Part shown: one piece after another, positions 9,746 through 18,849 of the stretch
Layout of the letters: each line of letters opens with the position of its first letter
Numbering within the stretch: the stretch's first letter is position 1
Source of the DNA: Actinomycetota bacterium
GTDB lineage: Bacteria; Actinomycetota; JBBINU01
Direction of reading: 5' to 3'
NCBI GenBank assembly: GCA_037443725.1
Contig: JBBINU010000004.1
Coordinates: forward strand, 239,451 to 303,450
Length of the DNA stretch: 64,000 nucleotides
Notes under the pieces: generated by a model
The model's database searches: none
What the model saw: only the letters and a program-made list of their open reading frames with translations
Told to the model about the DNA's origin: nothing
Program-made: the position numbers and the translations under genes

Positions 9746-11097
9746 CTCAGCCCCGTGCAGTGCCCCGCCCCGCCAGCGCCGCCTCGGTCGGGTCGCTTTC
9801 GCTCCGGGCCCTCGGGGTAGAACTCGAAGACGGCCTCGCCTATCCTCACCTCGTCCCCCGCGCGAGCTCCCCTCCTTTCCAGCTCCCTCTCCACCCCCAC
9901 CCTCCTCAATCTCTCCTGGAGATAGGTGAGGGCCTCCGGGTTGGCCAGGTCCACCGCCCTCACCCACCGCTCCACCTGCCTGCCCTTCACCCGCCAGGCT
10001 CCATCCTCCCTCTCCACCAGAAAACCCACCTCCTCCGGGAAGACTCTGATCTGCACTGGCTCGGGTGCGGGCGGTGGTGCGGCCTCCACCATGCTGGCCA
10101 GGAACTCCACCAAGGGGGGAACACCCTCTCCCGTGAGAGCCGAGACAGCGAAGAAGGGAAGCCCGAGGACCCTCGCCCTGGCCTCCACTGCCCCGACGCG
10201 TTGCCCGGCCTCTTCCAGGTCTATCTTGTTGGCAGCCACCACGCCCGGGCGGGCCAGCAAGTCCGGACGGTAAAGCTCGAGCTCCCTCCTGAGGGCCTCC
10301 ACATCCTCCGCGGGGTCCCTGTCCTGGGCGGCGAGATCCACGAGGTAGAGAAAGACCCTCGCCCTCTCGACGTGCCTTAGGAACCTATCCCCCAGACCCC
10401 TACCGGCGTGGGCCCCGGGGATGAGTCCGGGCACGTCGGCCATGACGAACTCCCTCTCCCCCACTCTCACCACCCCGAGGTGCGGCGTTAAGGTGGTGAA
10501 GGGGAAACCCGCCACCCGGGGCCTCGCCCTCGATACCTTACGGAGGAGGCTCGACTTCCCCGCGTTGGGAAAACCGAGGATGCCCACATCCGCGAGGACC
10601 TTGAGCTCCAGGCGGAGAACCCTCCTCTCACCCTCCTCCCCCTTGAGGGCGAACCTGGGGGCCCTCCTGTCAGGGCCTGCCAGGGAGGCGTTACCCTTCC
10701 CGCCCTTCCCCCCTCTGGCCGCCACGTAGAAATCCCCCGGACGGGAGAGGTCGGCCAGGACACGCCCTTCTGCGTCCTTTACCACAGTGCCCACGGGCAC
10801 CGGCACGACCAGGTCTTCACCGTCCGCACCGCGGCGGTTCCCCCCCTCTCCGTGAGCTCCGTTCGCGGCCACGAGGTGCGGGTTTCGCTTCAGCTCCAGG
10901 AGGCTGGCTCGGGAAGTGGATGCGACCAGCACCACGTCACCGCCGTCCCCTCCGTCACCCCCGTCGGGACCACCCCTCGGCCTGAACTTCTCCCGCCTGA
11001 AGGAGACAGAGCCGGAGCCTCCCCGCCCGCCCGCGGCCACCACCCGTACCTCGTCCACGAACCGGCCAGGCTCTTCCGAACCGAACACCCGCTTCAC
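9742..11097 (-). CDS. obg: GTPase Obg/CgtA
   Basis: An Obg fold N-domain (FVDEVRVVAAGGRGGSGSVSFRREKF, glycine-rich repeats) is followed by G1-G4 GTPase motifs (GFPNAGKSSLL, DVPGLI, NKID) and an OCT/TGS-like C-terminal domain. The start is placed at the GTG preceded by GAGGATAA. The ORF track's first start codon at 11181 is also possible. Confidence 0.85.
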   Translation of the reverse strand: MKRVFGSEEPGRFVDEVRVVAAGGRGGSGSVSFRREKFRPRGGPDGGDGGDGGDVVLVASTSRASLLELKRNPHLVAANGAHGEGGNRRGADGEDLVVPVPVGTVVKDAEGRVLADLSRPGDFYVAARGGKGGKGNASLAGPDRRAPRFALKGEEGERRVLRLELKVLADVGILGFPNAGKSSLLRKVSRARPRVAGFPFTTLTPHLGVVRVGEREFVMADVPGLIPGAHAGRGLGDRFLRHVERARVFLYLVDLAAQDRDPAEDVEALRRELELYRPDLLARPGVVAANKIDLEEAGQRVGAVEARARVLGLPFFAVSALTGEGVPPLVEFLASMVEAAPPPAPEPVQIRVFPEEVGFLVEREDGAWRVKGRQVERWVRAVDLANPEALTYLQERLRRVGVERELERRGARAGDEVRIGEAVFEFYPEGPERKRPDRGGAGGAGHCTGLR

Positions 11098-11288
11098 AGC
11101 CCTAATTATCCTCGACGCGAGGGCTCCACCCTCCCAGCGGAAGGCGGGAGAAAGCCCTCGGGTCAAGCCGGATCTTGACACGGGGTCGGACGGGGGATAG
11201 CATCCCCTCGTTCGCTTGTGGGGTCTGGGGGTTTCCCGGCCCGGGGCCCGAATCCCTAACCCGGGTCGCTGGAAGGGAAGGGGGGTCT

Positions 11289-11756
11289 ATGCCAGCCCTT
11301 ACCATGCATCCGGAGAAGTGCACCCACTGTTTCCAGTGTGAGCTGGCCTGTACCTTCGTGCAGACTGGGTCCTTCGGAGTTTATCCCTCCCTAGTCAAGG
11401 TGTATCAGTTCGACGAGGAGGCGGCCTATACCGCCTACACCTGCACCCAGTGCGACGAAGCCTGGTGCATGATGGCCTGCCCAGTGGACGCCATAGTCGA
11501 GCGAGACGGTTTCAAAGTCGTTCTCGAGGAACTCTGCATCGGCTGCCGCCTCTGCGGTCTCGCCTGCCCCTTCGGAACCATCTTCTTTAAGCAGGACGGG
11601 AGCAAGGCGGCCAAGTGCACCACCTGCCTGGGGGAGCCGGCGTGCGCTGTGGCCTGCCCCACGGGGGCCATCGAGTGGGCTGAGGGGCCAAAGGACTGGG
11701 GGTTTTCGGCCTGGGCAGACAAGGTTAGCGAGGGCGCAGCCCTCGCCACCGTCTAG
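11289..11756 (+). CDS. 4Fe-4S ferredoxin-domain protein (multi-cluster), AOR-associated
   Basis: It has several CxxCxxCxxxCP motifs (CTHCFQCELAC, CTQCDEAWCMMACP, CIGCRLCGLACP, CTTCLGEPACAVACP). The start at MPALTMH is preceded by GGGAAGGGGGG. The gene lies immediately upstream of the AOR. Confidence 0.75.
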   Translation: MPALTMHPEKCTHCFQCELACTFVQTGSFGVYPSLVKVYQFDEEAAYTAYTCTQCDEAWCMMACPVDAIVERDGFKVVLEELCIGCRLCGLACPFGTIFFKQDGSKAAKCTTCLGEPACAVACPTGAIEWAEGPKDWGFSAWADKVSEGAALATV

Positions 11757-11824
11757 GGTCGACGCGCCCTGGGTCCCTGGAAGGTTCCAGGGAAATTTCC
11801 GGAGCGGAACCGGGAGGAGGAAAG

Positions 11825-13666
11825 GTGAAGGGCTGGACGGGCAAGGTCTTGAGGGTCGATCTCTCTAGCGGGAGCGCAGCCGCCGAACCCCTCCGGGAGG
11901 ACTGGGCCAGGCAGTACATAGGCTCCAGGGGGCTTGGGGTTCGCTACCTCTTCGAGGAAGTGGACCCGAGGGTCGACCCCTTCTCCCCCGAGAACAGGCT
12001 CTACCTCGTAACCGGTCCCCTCACCGGCACCTCCGCTTCCTGTGCGTCCCGGTGGACGGCGGTGACCAAGGGGCCCCTCACCGGGGCCGTGGCCACCTCG
12101 AACTCGGGAGGTCAGTGGGCGGCGCACCTCAAGTTCGCCGGGTACGACATGGTCATCCTGGAGGGAAGGGCGGCGAGCCCCTGCTACATCTGGATTGATG
12201 ACGGCAGGGCAGAGATCCGCGACGCCTCCCGTCTCTGGGGGAAGGGAATTTGGGAAACCGAGGAGCTCATCAAGGAAGAGCTCGGCACGGATCGGGTCTG
12301 GGTGGCGGGGATTGGACCCGCCGGCGAGAACCGGGTCCGCTTCGCCTCCATCATGAACGACAAGTACAGGGCGGCCGGCCGCTCCGGGGTGGGGGCCGTG
12401 ATGGGATCCAAGAACGTGAAGGCCATCGCCGTGCGGGGGAGGGGAGCGGTCGAGGTGGCAGACCCCGAAGCCTTTCACCGCGCGGTATGGCGGCTGAAAA
12501 GGCTCCTCAAGGAGAACCCCGTCACGGGGCAGGGCCTCCCCACCTACGGCACGGAGGTCCTCATGAATATCATCAACGAAGTGGGGGCTCTACCCACCCG
12601 CAACTTCCGCCAGTCCCAGTTTGAGGGGGCCTACGAGATCTCGGGGGAGAACCTGGCCGAGACCCGGCTCGTGAGGAACACGGCCTGCTTCGCCTGCACA
12701 ATAGGCTGCGGCAGGCTCTCCCGCATCTCCCGGGACGGCGTCACCCGGGTGAGCGTTTGGACCAGCCCGAGGCACTGGTCGGCCGCGGCGGAGGGGCCGG
12801 AATACGAGAACGCCTGGGGGCTCGGGGCCGAGACAGGCGTCTCGGATCTGGACGCCGTGGTGGCCGCCAACTCCCTCTGCAACGACTACGGCATGGACCC
12901 CATCTCCTTTGGGGCCACCCTCGGAGCCGCCATGGAGCTGTACGAGTCCGGCGTGATCACCGAGGCCGAGATAGGGATGCCTCTCCCCTTTGGCTCGTCC
13001 GAGGCCCTGGTGAGGATGGCTGAAGCCACGGCCTTCAGGAGGGGTTTCGGGGACGCGCTCGCCGAGGGAGCCAAGCGCCTTACCGAAAGGTACGGTAGGC
13101 CCGAGTTCTTCATGGGGGTGAAGGGGCAGGAGTTCCCCGCGTACGACCCGAGGAGCATTCAGGGGATGGGCCTCACCTACGCCACCTCCAACCGCGGCGC
13201 CTGTCACCTCAAGAGCTACACCGTGGCCTCGGAGGTCCTGGGCATACCCGAGAAGACCGACCCCCTGGCGACGCAGGGCAAGGCCGAGCTGGTTAGGGTC
13301 TTCCAGGATCTCACCGCCTGGTGGGACTCGACGGGGCTCTGCCTCTTCCTGGTCTTCGCCCCCGTGGTGGAGGTGGTGGCCGAGGTTCTCTCCGCAGGGA
13401 CAGGCATCCCCTACAGCCAGGAGGAGCTCATGAAGGCCGGGGAGAGGGTGTTCAACCTGGAGAGGGAGTGGATTGCGAGGGCGGGTTTCAGCACCACCGA
13501 CGACACCCTGCCGAGAAGGCTGCTAGAGGAACCTGTTCCCGCAGGCCCCACCCAGGGGCAGGTGAACCGACTCAGGGAGATGCTCGACGACTACTACCGG
13601 ATCCGCGGTTGGGAAGGGGGGCGGCCGACCCGGGCCAAGCTCCAGGAGCTGGGGATCCCCGCCTGA
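11825..13666 (+). CDS. Aldehyde:ferredoxin oxidoreductase (tungsten-containing AOR family)
   Basis: The 613-aa product shows full-length AOR-family similarity (MKGWTGKVLRVDLSSG…, a cysteine-containing [4Fe-4S] binding region, a C-terminal AFOR_C domain). It has a GTG start with a GGAGGAGG RBS. Confidence 0.9.
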   Translation: MKGWTGKVLRVDLSSGSAAAEPLREDWARQYIGSRGLGVRYLFEEVDPRVDPFSPENRLYLVTGPLTGTSASCASRWTAVTKGPLTGAVATSNSGGQWAAHLKFAGYDMVILEGRAASPCYIWIDDGRAEIRDASRLWGKGIWETEELIKEELGTDRVWVAGIGPAGENRVRFASIMNDKYRAAGRSGVGAVMGSKNVKAIAVRGRGAVEVADPEAFHRAVWRLKRLLKENPVTGQGLPTYGTEVLMNIINEVGALPTRNFRQSQFEGAYEISGENLAETRLVRNTACFACTIGCGRLSRISRDGVTRVSVWTSPRHWSAAAEGPEYENAWGLGAETGVSDLDAVVAANSLCNDYGMDPISFGATLGAAMELYESGVITEAEIGMPLPFGSSEALVRMAEATAFRRGFGDALAEGAKRLTERYGRPEFFMGVKGQEFPAYDPRSIQGMGLTYATSNRGACHLKSYTVASEVLGIPEKTDPLATQGKAELVRVFQDLTAWWDSTGLCLFLVFAPVVEVVAEVLSAGTGIPYSQEELMKAGERVFNLEREWIARAGFSTTDDTLPRRLLEEPVPAGPTQGQVNRLREMLDDYYRIRGWEGGRPTRAKLQELGIPA

Positions 13667-13693
13667 GGACGACCTTCGGAGGAAGGAGGGGAG

Positions 13694-15055
13694 ATGCCGG
13701 GAAGCAACGTCGTTGTGGGGGCGGGACCTGCGGGGCTCGCCGCGGTGAGGGAGTTGAAGGCGAGGGACCCCCGCTCCCCCGTCACCCTCGTCTCGGACGA
13801 GGCCCCCTACGCGAGGATGGCCCTCCCCTATTTCCTCAAGGGGGAGATAGTCGAGGAGAGGCTTGCCACGGCGGATCGGGGGGAACTGGAGGGGATGGGG
13901 GTGGAGGTCCTCTCGGGGAGGAGGGCGATCTCCCTGGATCCCGCCTCAAGGACCCTCCAGCTCGATGACGGGTCCTCCCTCTCCTACGAGAACCTTCTGC
14001 TCGCCACAGGGTGCCGGCCCGTCAAGCCCGACGTGCCTGGCCTAGAAGGCCCGGGGGTGAGCCACTTCTGGACCCTTGCCGATGCCCGGGCCCTCTCGTC
14101 CACGGCTGGGCCGGGGAAGGACATTCTTCTGCTCGGGGGCGGCTTCATAGCCTTCGTGGCTCTCCCTGCTCTCCTCGCCCGCGGCTGCCGGGTGACGGTG
14201 GTGGAGGCCCTCGAGCACGTCCTGCCGCGGATGCTCTCCGCCCTTCCGGCCAGACTTGTGGAGGGCTGGATCTCGGGGAGGGGAGTGGCCGTCCACACCG
14301 GGGAGACCCTCGAGGCCCTAGAGAGGCGGGATGGCAGGCTCGTCGGGGCCCTTAGGGGGGGCGGGCGTGTGGAGGCCGATCATGTTCTTGTCGCCACCGG
14401 CATCGCTCCCAACGTGGAGCTGGCCAGGCAGGCGGGGATCAGGGTGGAAACGGGGATCGTGGTGGATGACGCCATGCGCACCTCGAGCCCGGGCGTGTAC
14501 GCGGCTGGCGACTGCGCCCAGGCCAGAGACATTCTCGGGGGGAGCACGACACCCCACTACATCCAGCCCGCCGCGGTCGACCAGGGCAGGGTGGCAGGCG
14601 CTGCCATGGCCGGAGAAGAGGTGAGGTACCCCGGCTCCCTCTCCATGAACAACCTCTCCCTCATGGGTCTCGACGTGGTGGCGGTAGGCGATGCCAGAAG
14701 CGAGGAGGGGACCCTCTCCGAGATCCGCGGTCACGGACCCAGTTACCGGAGGCTCGTGATCCGCGAGGGAAGACTCGTTGGGGCGGTTTTCCTCGGGCCG
14801 AGCTCCGAGGTGTTCGCGACCCCGGCGGTGGGGATGGCCAAGGGGCTGATCCAGAGCCAGGCGGAGCTCGGGCGCTGGGCCGGAGTCCTGGCGGAGGATC
14901 CACTTCAGCTGGAGAAGGCGTACTTCGCTGTGGGGGCGCCTGCGGCCATCATTAGGACTACCCTCCTTGGGGTCCCGAGCCGGCCGAGGAGAGAGAGGAC
15001 CGAGGTCCCCGTGGCCAACTGGCCCCACCACGGAACCCTGGTGGGAACGGTCTAG
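13694..15055 (+). CDS. FAD-dependent pyridine nucleotide-disulfide oxidoreductase (ferredoxin/rubredoxin-reductase-like)
   Basis: It has an N-terminal GxGxxG (VVVGAGPAGLAA) and a second dinucleotide fold (LLLGGGFIAFV), plus a …AAGDCA… motif. An AGGAGGGGAG RBS precedes the start. Confidence 0.8.
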   Translation: MPGSNVVVGAGPAGLAAVRELKARDPRSPVTLVSDEAPYARMALPYFLKGEIVEERLATADRGELEGMGVEVLSGRRAISLDPASRTLQLDDGSSLSYENLLLATGCRPVKPDVPGLEGPGVSHFWTLADARALSSTAGPGKDILLLGGGFIAFVALPALLARGCRVTVVEALEHVLPRMLSALPARLVEGWISGRGVAVHTGETLEALERRDGRLVGALRGGGRVEADHVLVATGIAPNVELARQAGIRVETGIVVDDAMRTSSPGVYAAGDCAQARDILGGSTTPHYIQPAAVDQGRVAGAAMAGEEVRYPGSLSMNNLSLMGLDVVAVGDARSEEGTLSEIRGHGPSYRRLVIREGRLVGAVFLGPSSEVFATPAVGMAKGLIQSQAELGRWAGVLAEDPLQLEKAYFAVGAPAAIIRTTLLGVPSRPRRERTEVPVANWPHHGTLVGTV

Positions 15056-15198
15056 CAGGCCCTCGCCGCCCCCCAGCCTGCCTGGAGGCGGCCGGGGGCT
15101 TTGCCCCTCTGCTGCCCTTGGAGACGAGGGTCATCCACGTGCCTTTCGGCCTAGAATCTCGGGGACCTCGAGCTCGAGGCCGACGAAAGGGGTGACCC

Positions 15199-16038
15199 GT
15201 GGCGATCCGTTGGGAAAGGGCCCTCGTCACGGGCGCGTCCAGCGGCATCGGCCGGGCTTTCGCCCGCGCCCTGGCCGCCCGCGGAACCCACCTCATCCTG
15301 GTGGCGAGGAGGAGGGAGAGGCTCGAGGAGCTCGCCGGCGAGCTCCGGCGGGCCCACGGGGTCGAGGTGGAGGTCATCGCGGCAGACCTGCTCCACCCTT
15401 CGGACCTCGCCCGCGTCGAGGAGAGGCTCCGCGACCCCAGCCGCCCCCCCGACCTCCTCGTAAACAATGCGGGTATAGGGAATGCGGGCCCCTTCTGGCG
15501 GCTGCCCCTTGAGGGCGAGGAGGCAACCGTCGGCCTGAACGTCACCGCCCTCCTCAGGCTCACCCGCGCTGCCCTTCCGGGCATGGTGGAGCGGGGATGG
15601 GGGGGAGTCCTTAACGTCTCCTCCCTGGCAGGCCTCCTCCCTCAGCCCCATGCCTCCACCTATGCGGCCACCAAGGCCTTCGTCACGGTTTTCACCGAGT
15701 CCCTGGCGGAGGAGCTCCGCGGGACCGGGGTAAGGGTCCTCGCCCTCTGCCCCGGTTACACCAGAACCGAGTTCCACCAGAGGAAGGACTTCGCCCACCT
15801 CCAGCAGGAGGAGCAGCACCCCGGCGGCTCGGGCCTCCCCGCATTCCTCTGGGCGAGCCCGGATCGGGTGGCGGAAGAGGGACTCAGGGCCCTGGAGAGG
15901 GGAAAGGTGGTCCACATACCGGGCAGTCTGTACCGGACCACCTACGCCCTTGCGCGCCTCCTCCCCCGGGCTATGGTCCGGGCAGCCAGCGGCGGGGTAA
16001 TGAGGCTGAGCGCGAGAAGGCCTCTGGCGCGGGGATGA
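15199..16038 (+). CDS. Short-chain dehydrogenase/reductase (SDR)
   Basis: The TGASSGIGRA cofactor motif, the NNAG motif and a YxxxK active site (YAATKAF) are present. It has a GTG start. Confidence 0.85.
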   Translation: MAIRWERALVTGASSGIGRAFARALAARGTHLILVARRRERLEELAGELRRAHGVEVEVIAADLLHPSDLARVEERLRDPSRPPDLLVNNAGIGNAGPFWRLPLEGEEATVGLNVTALLRLTRAALPGMVERGWGGVLNVSSLAGLLPQPHASTYAATKAFVTVFTESLAEELRGTGVRVLALCPGYTRTEFHQRKDFAHLQQEEQHPGGSGLPAFLWASPDRVAEEGLRALERGKVVHIPGSLYRTTYALARLLPRAMVRAASGGVMRLSARRPLARG

Positions 16039-16220
16039 GGCTGGGGCCGGACACGACGGGGCGGGCTCCAGCGGGAGCAAGCAAAGGGCTAGCCGCCTGC
16101 AAGCAGGTGGTGTAGGCTTCCCCCGACCGGAAAGACTCCTCTTCCCACTCCGGCCCCCAACCGGGCGCCCGAGGGGGAGACCTGGGGGAGGTCAATGAGA
16201 GGAGGGATCGGGAGGTGGTC

Positions 16221-17525
16221 ATGTACCCCATGGAGGTGCTGGCGCAGCCCATAGCCCTGCCCGAGGCCATCGACCTGGAGGAGTGGGTCCTCGCAACCTA
16301 CCTTATTTCCGCCCCGAAGGACTTCCCCATGACCTGGCTCTCGCAGGCCCTCGCCGTGGAACAGAGCACCGGAACCTGGACCCCCGTGCCCGGCGAGACA
16401 CCCGAAGTGCGGGCGGGCCACGTTGCCAAGGTGGTTGGGATCTACGAAGTCCCCGACTATGAGTGGCAGGTGCCGGCAGGCCTGGAGGAACGGCACTACG
16501 TGGTTCAGATCGCCTACCCGGAGGTGAACATAGGGGAGCAGATCCCCCTCCTCCTCACCACCGTGATCGGGAACATCTCCATGGCGGGGAAGCTCAAGCT
16601 ATTGGACTTGAGGTTCCCCAAACGTTTTCTCGCCGGCTTCCAGGGGCCGAAGTTCGGTGTGCAGGGAATCAGGGAGATCCTGGGTGTACGGGAAAGGCCT
16701 CTCCTTAACGCCATGATCAAACCGAACACGGGATACCCGGTGGAGGTAGGGGCCGAGCTTTTCCGCGAGTGCGCCCTCGGGGGCTGCGACATCATCAAGG
16801 ACGACGAGCTCCTGGCGGACGCTTCCTTCAGCAGCGTGGAGCGGAGAGTCAAGGCCTACATGGAGGTGGAAAGGCAGGTCTACGAGGAGACGGGGGAGCA
16901 CACCCTTTACACCGTGAACATCACCGACAAGATACCCAAGGTTTTCGAGAACGCTCGCCGGGCGCTGGAGGTGGGGGCCAACGCCCTTATGGTGAACTAC
17001 GTTCCCTCCGGGTACGCGGTGCTCCAGGCCCTGGCCGAGGATCCAGAGATAAACGTTCCCATCCTCGGCCACGTGGATGTGGCCGGAGCCCTGTACATGT
17101 CGCCCGACCACGGAATCGGCTCCACCCTGGTGGTGGCCAAGCTCCCGCGCCTTGCCGGAGCTGACATGGTCATCATCCCGGCGCCCTACGGGAAGGGTCC
17201 GGTCCTGGAGGAGAAATTCCGGGCCTGGGGCAGAGCCCTCACTTACCCCTTCGCCCACATCAAGCCGACCCTCCCCATGCCCTCAGCAGGGATCACGCCG
17301 TCCATGGTTCCTCGGTGCGTCCAGGATCTTGGCCGAGACCAGGTAATTGCCGCAGGAGGAGGGATCCACGCCCACCCCCAGGGTCCGAAAGCCGGAGCCC
17401 GTGCCTTCCGGCAGGCCATAGAGGCGGTCATGAAGGGAATACCCCTGGCGGAGGCAGCCAGGGAGTACCCGGAGCTCGCCGCCGCCCTCGAGCGCTGGCC
17501 CGACCCCTTCGGCAAGGGGGTGTGA
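16221..17525 (+). CDS. RuBisCO large-subunit-like protein (RLP, form IV-type)
   Basis: It is homologous to RuBisCO large chains, with the catalytic 'GGCDIIKDDE' segment (K201/D203/E204 equivalents), a GGGIHAH (His327 region) motif and 'IKPNTG' replacing the IKPKLG segment (Lys177 to Asn). The start is placed at the ATG with a GGGAGGTGG RBS. The track's 16215 start is 2 codons upstream. Confidence 0.85.
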   Translation: MYPMEVLAQPIALPEAIDLEEWVLATYLISAPKDFPMTWLSQALAVEQSTGTWTPVPGETPEVRAGHVAKVVGIYEVPDYEWQVPAGLEERHYVVQIAYPEVNIGEQIPLLLTTVIGNISMAGKLKLLDLRFPKRFLAGFQGPKFGVQGIREILGVRERPLLNAMIKPNTGYPVEVGAELFRECALGGCDIIKDDELLADASFSSVERRVKAYMEVERQVYEETGEHTLYTVNITDKIPKVFENARRALEVGANALMVNYVPSGYAVLQALAEDPEINVPILGHVDVAGALYMSPDHGIGSTLVVAKLPRLAGADMVIIPAPYGKGPVLEEKFRAWGRALTYPFAHIKPTLPMPSAGITPSMVPRCVQDLGRDQVIAAGGGIHAHPQGPKAGARAFRQAIEAVMKGIPLAEAAREYPELAAALERWPDPFGKGV

Positions 17526-17573
17526 GGAGGACCATCCGGGGATGGGGCGGCCAGCCCTGGAAGGAGGGAGCCC

Positions 17574-18797
17574 ATGGGCAGAGTGACGGTGCTCGGAGGA
17601 GCAGGGGCGGTGGGTTCCGTGGCCGTGAGAACCCTGGCCGCCGATGGGACCTTCGAGGAGATCGTCATAGCCGACGCCGATTCCTCCCGGGCGGAGGCCC
17701 TCGCGGATTCCGTCGGGAGCCGGGCGCGGGCGGTGAAAGTGGACGCGGGAGACCCCGAGGCCGTGAGGCGGGTGGTCGAGGGTTCGGATGTGGTGCTGAA
17801 CACGGTGGGGCCCTTCTTCAGGTTCGGTCCCCCTGTCCTGGAAGGGGCCATCCGAGCGGGTGTGAACTACGTGGACGTCTGCGACGATTTCGACGCCACC
17901 GAGAGGCTCCTCGCCATGGATGAAAGGGCAAGGCAGGCAGGGGTGACCGCTCTCATCGGGATGGGCAGCTCCCCAGGGGCGGCCAACGTGATAGCCAGGT
18001 TCGCCGCCGACCATCTTCTGGACGAGGTGGAAGCAATAGACATCTACCACGCCCACGGAGGGGAGCCCGAGGAGGGAAGGGCCGTCCTGGCCCATCGGCT
18101 CCATTCCATGACAGTGGACATCCCCGTCTTCCTTGACGGGGAGTTCAGAACCGTCCGGCTCTTCGAGGAAAGCGGCCGGGCCCTCGAGGAGGAAGCGGAG
18201 TTCCCGGAGATCGGGACTTTTCGGGTCTACGCCTACCCCCACCCCGAGACCATCACCTTCCCCCGCCACATCAAGGGGCTGAAGCGCTGCACCAATCTGG
18301 GGCTCGTCCTTCCCCCAGCCTATGCCGAGCTTATAAAGGACGTGGTCCGCCTTGGCCTAGCCACCAGCGAACCCCTGGATGTCCTCGGCCAGAAGGTCAT
18401 CCCCTTCGAGTTCGCCATCTCCTTCATCCTCTCCCAGCGCCCGCGCCTTCTTCAGGCGGCGGGAATGAAGGAACCCGTGGGCTGCCTCAAGATCGTGATC
18501 CGGGGCACTAAGGATGGAAAGGAAGAGAGCTGGGCGGTCTCCCTGGCTTCGCGCGGGCGGGGCATGGGAGAGGGAACTGGCATCCCTGCGGCCGTGGGAG
18601 CCATCCTCATGGCCCAAGGGAAGGTGAAGGGCCCGGGAGTCCTTCCCCCCGAGGCCTGCGTGGACCCGGCGGACTTCTTCTCTGCGGTCCAGCGCTCCCT
18701 CCAGGCCACGGGAGCGGGAGGTCTCCCCATCATTGTCGAGAGGAGGAGGGAGGGGAAGACCGAGAGGCTTGACGTCTCCTCCCTCCTCAGCGCCTAG
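17574..18797 (+). CDS. Saccharopine-dehydrogenase-family NAD(P)-binding oxidoreductase
   Basis: It has an N-terminal Rossmann motif (VTVLGGAGAVGSVAV) and similarity to the Sacchrp_dh_NADP family. An RBS GGAGGGAG precedes the ATG. Confidence 0.75.
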   Translation: MGRVTVLGGAGAVGSVAVRTLAADGTFEEIVIADADSSRAEALADSVGSRARAVKVDAGDPEAVRRVVEGSDVVLNTVGPFFRFGPPVLEGAIRAGVNYVDVCDDFDATERLLAMDERARQAGVTALIGMGSSPGAANVIARFAADHLLDEVEAIDIYHAHGGEPEEGRAVLAHRLHSMTVDIPVFLDGEFRTVRLFEESGRALEEEAEFPEIGTFRVYAYPHPETITFPRHIKGLKRCTNLGLVLPPAYAELIKDVVRLGLATSEPLDVLGQKVIPFEFAISFILSQRPRLLQAAGMKEPVGCLKIVIRGTKDGKEESWAVSLASRGRGMGEGTGIPAAVGAILMAQGKVKGPGVLPPEACVDPADFFSAVQRSLQATGAGGLPIIVERRREGKTERLDVSSLLSA

Positions 18798-18849
18798 GCG
18801 GTCGCCGCGATCCGTCGTCGGGCAGGCGAGGGGAGAGAGCGGGGGCGGA

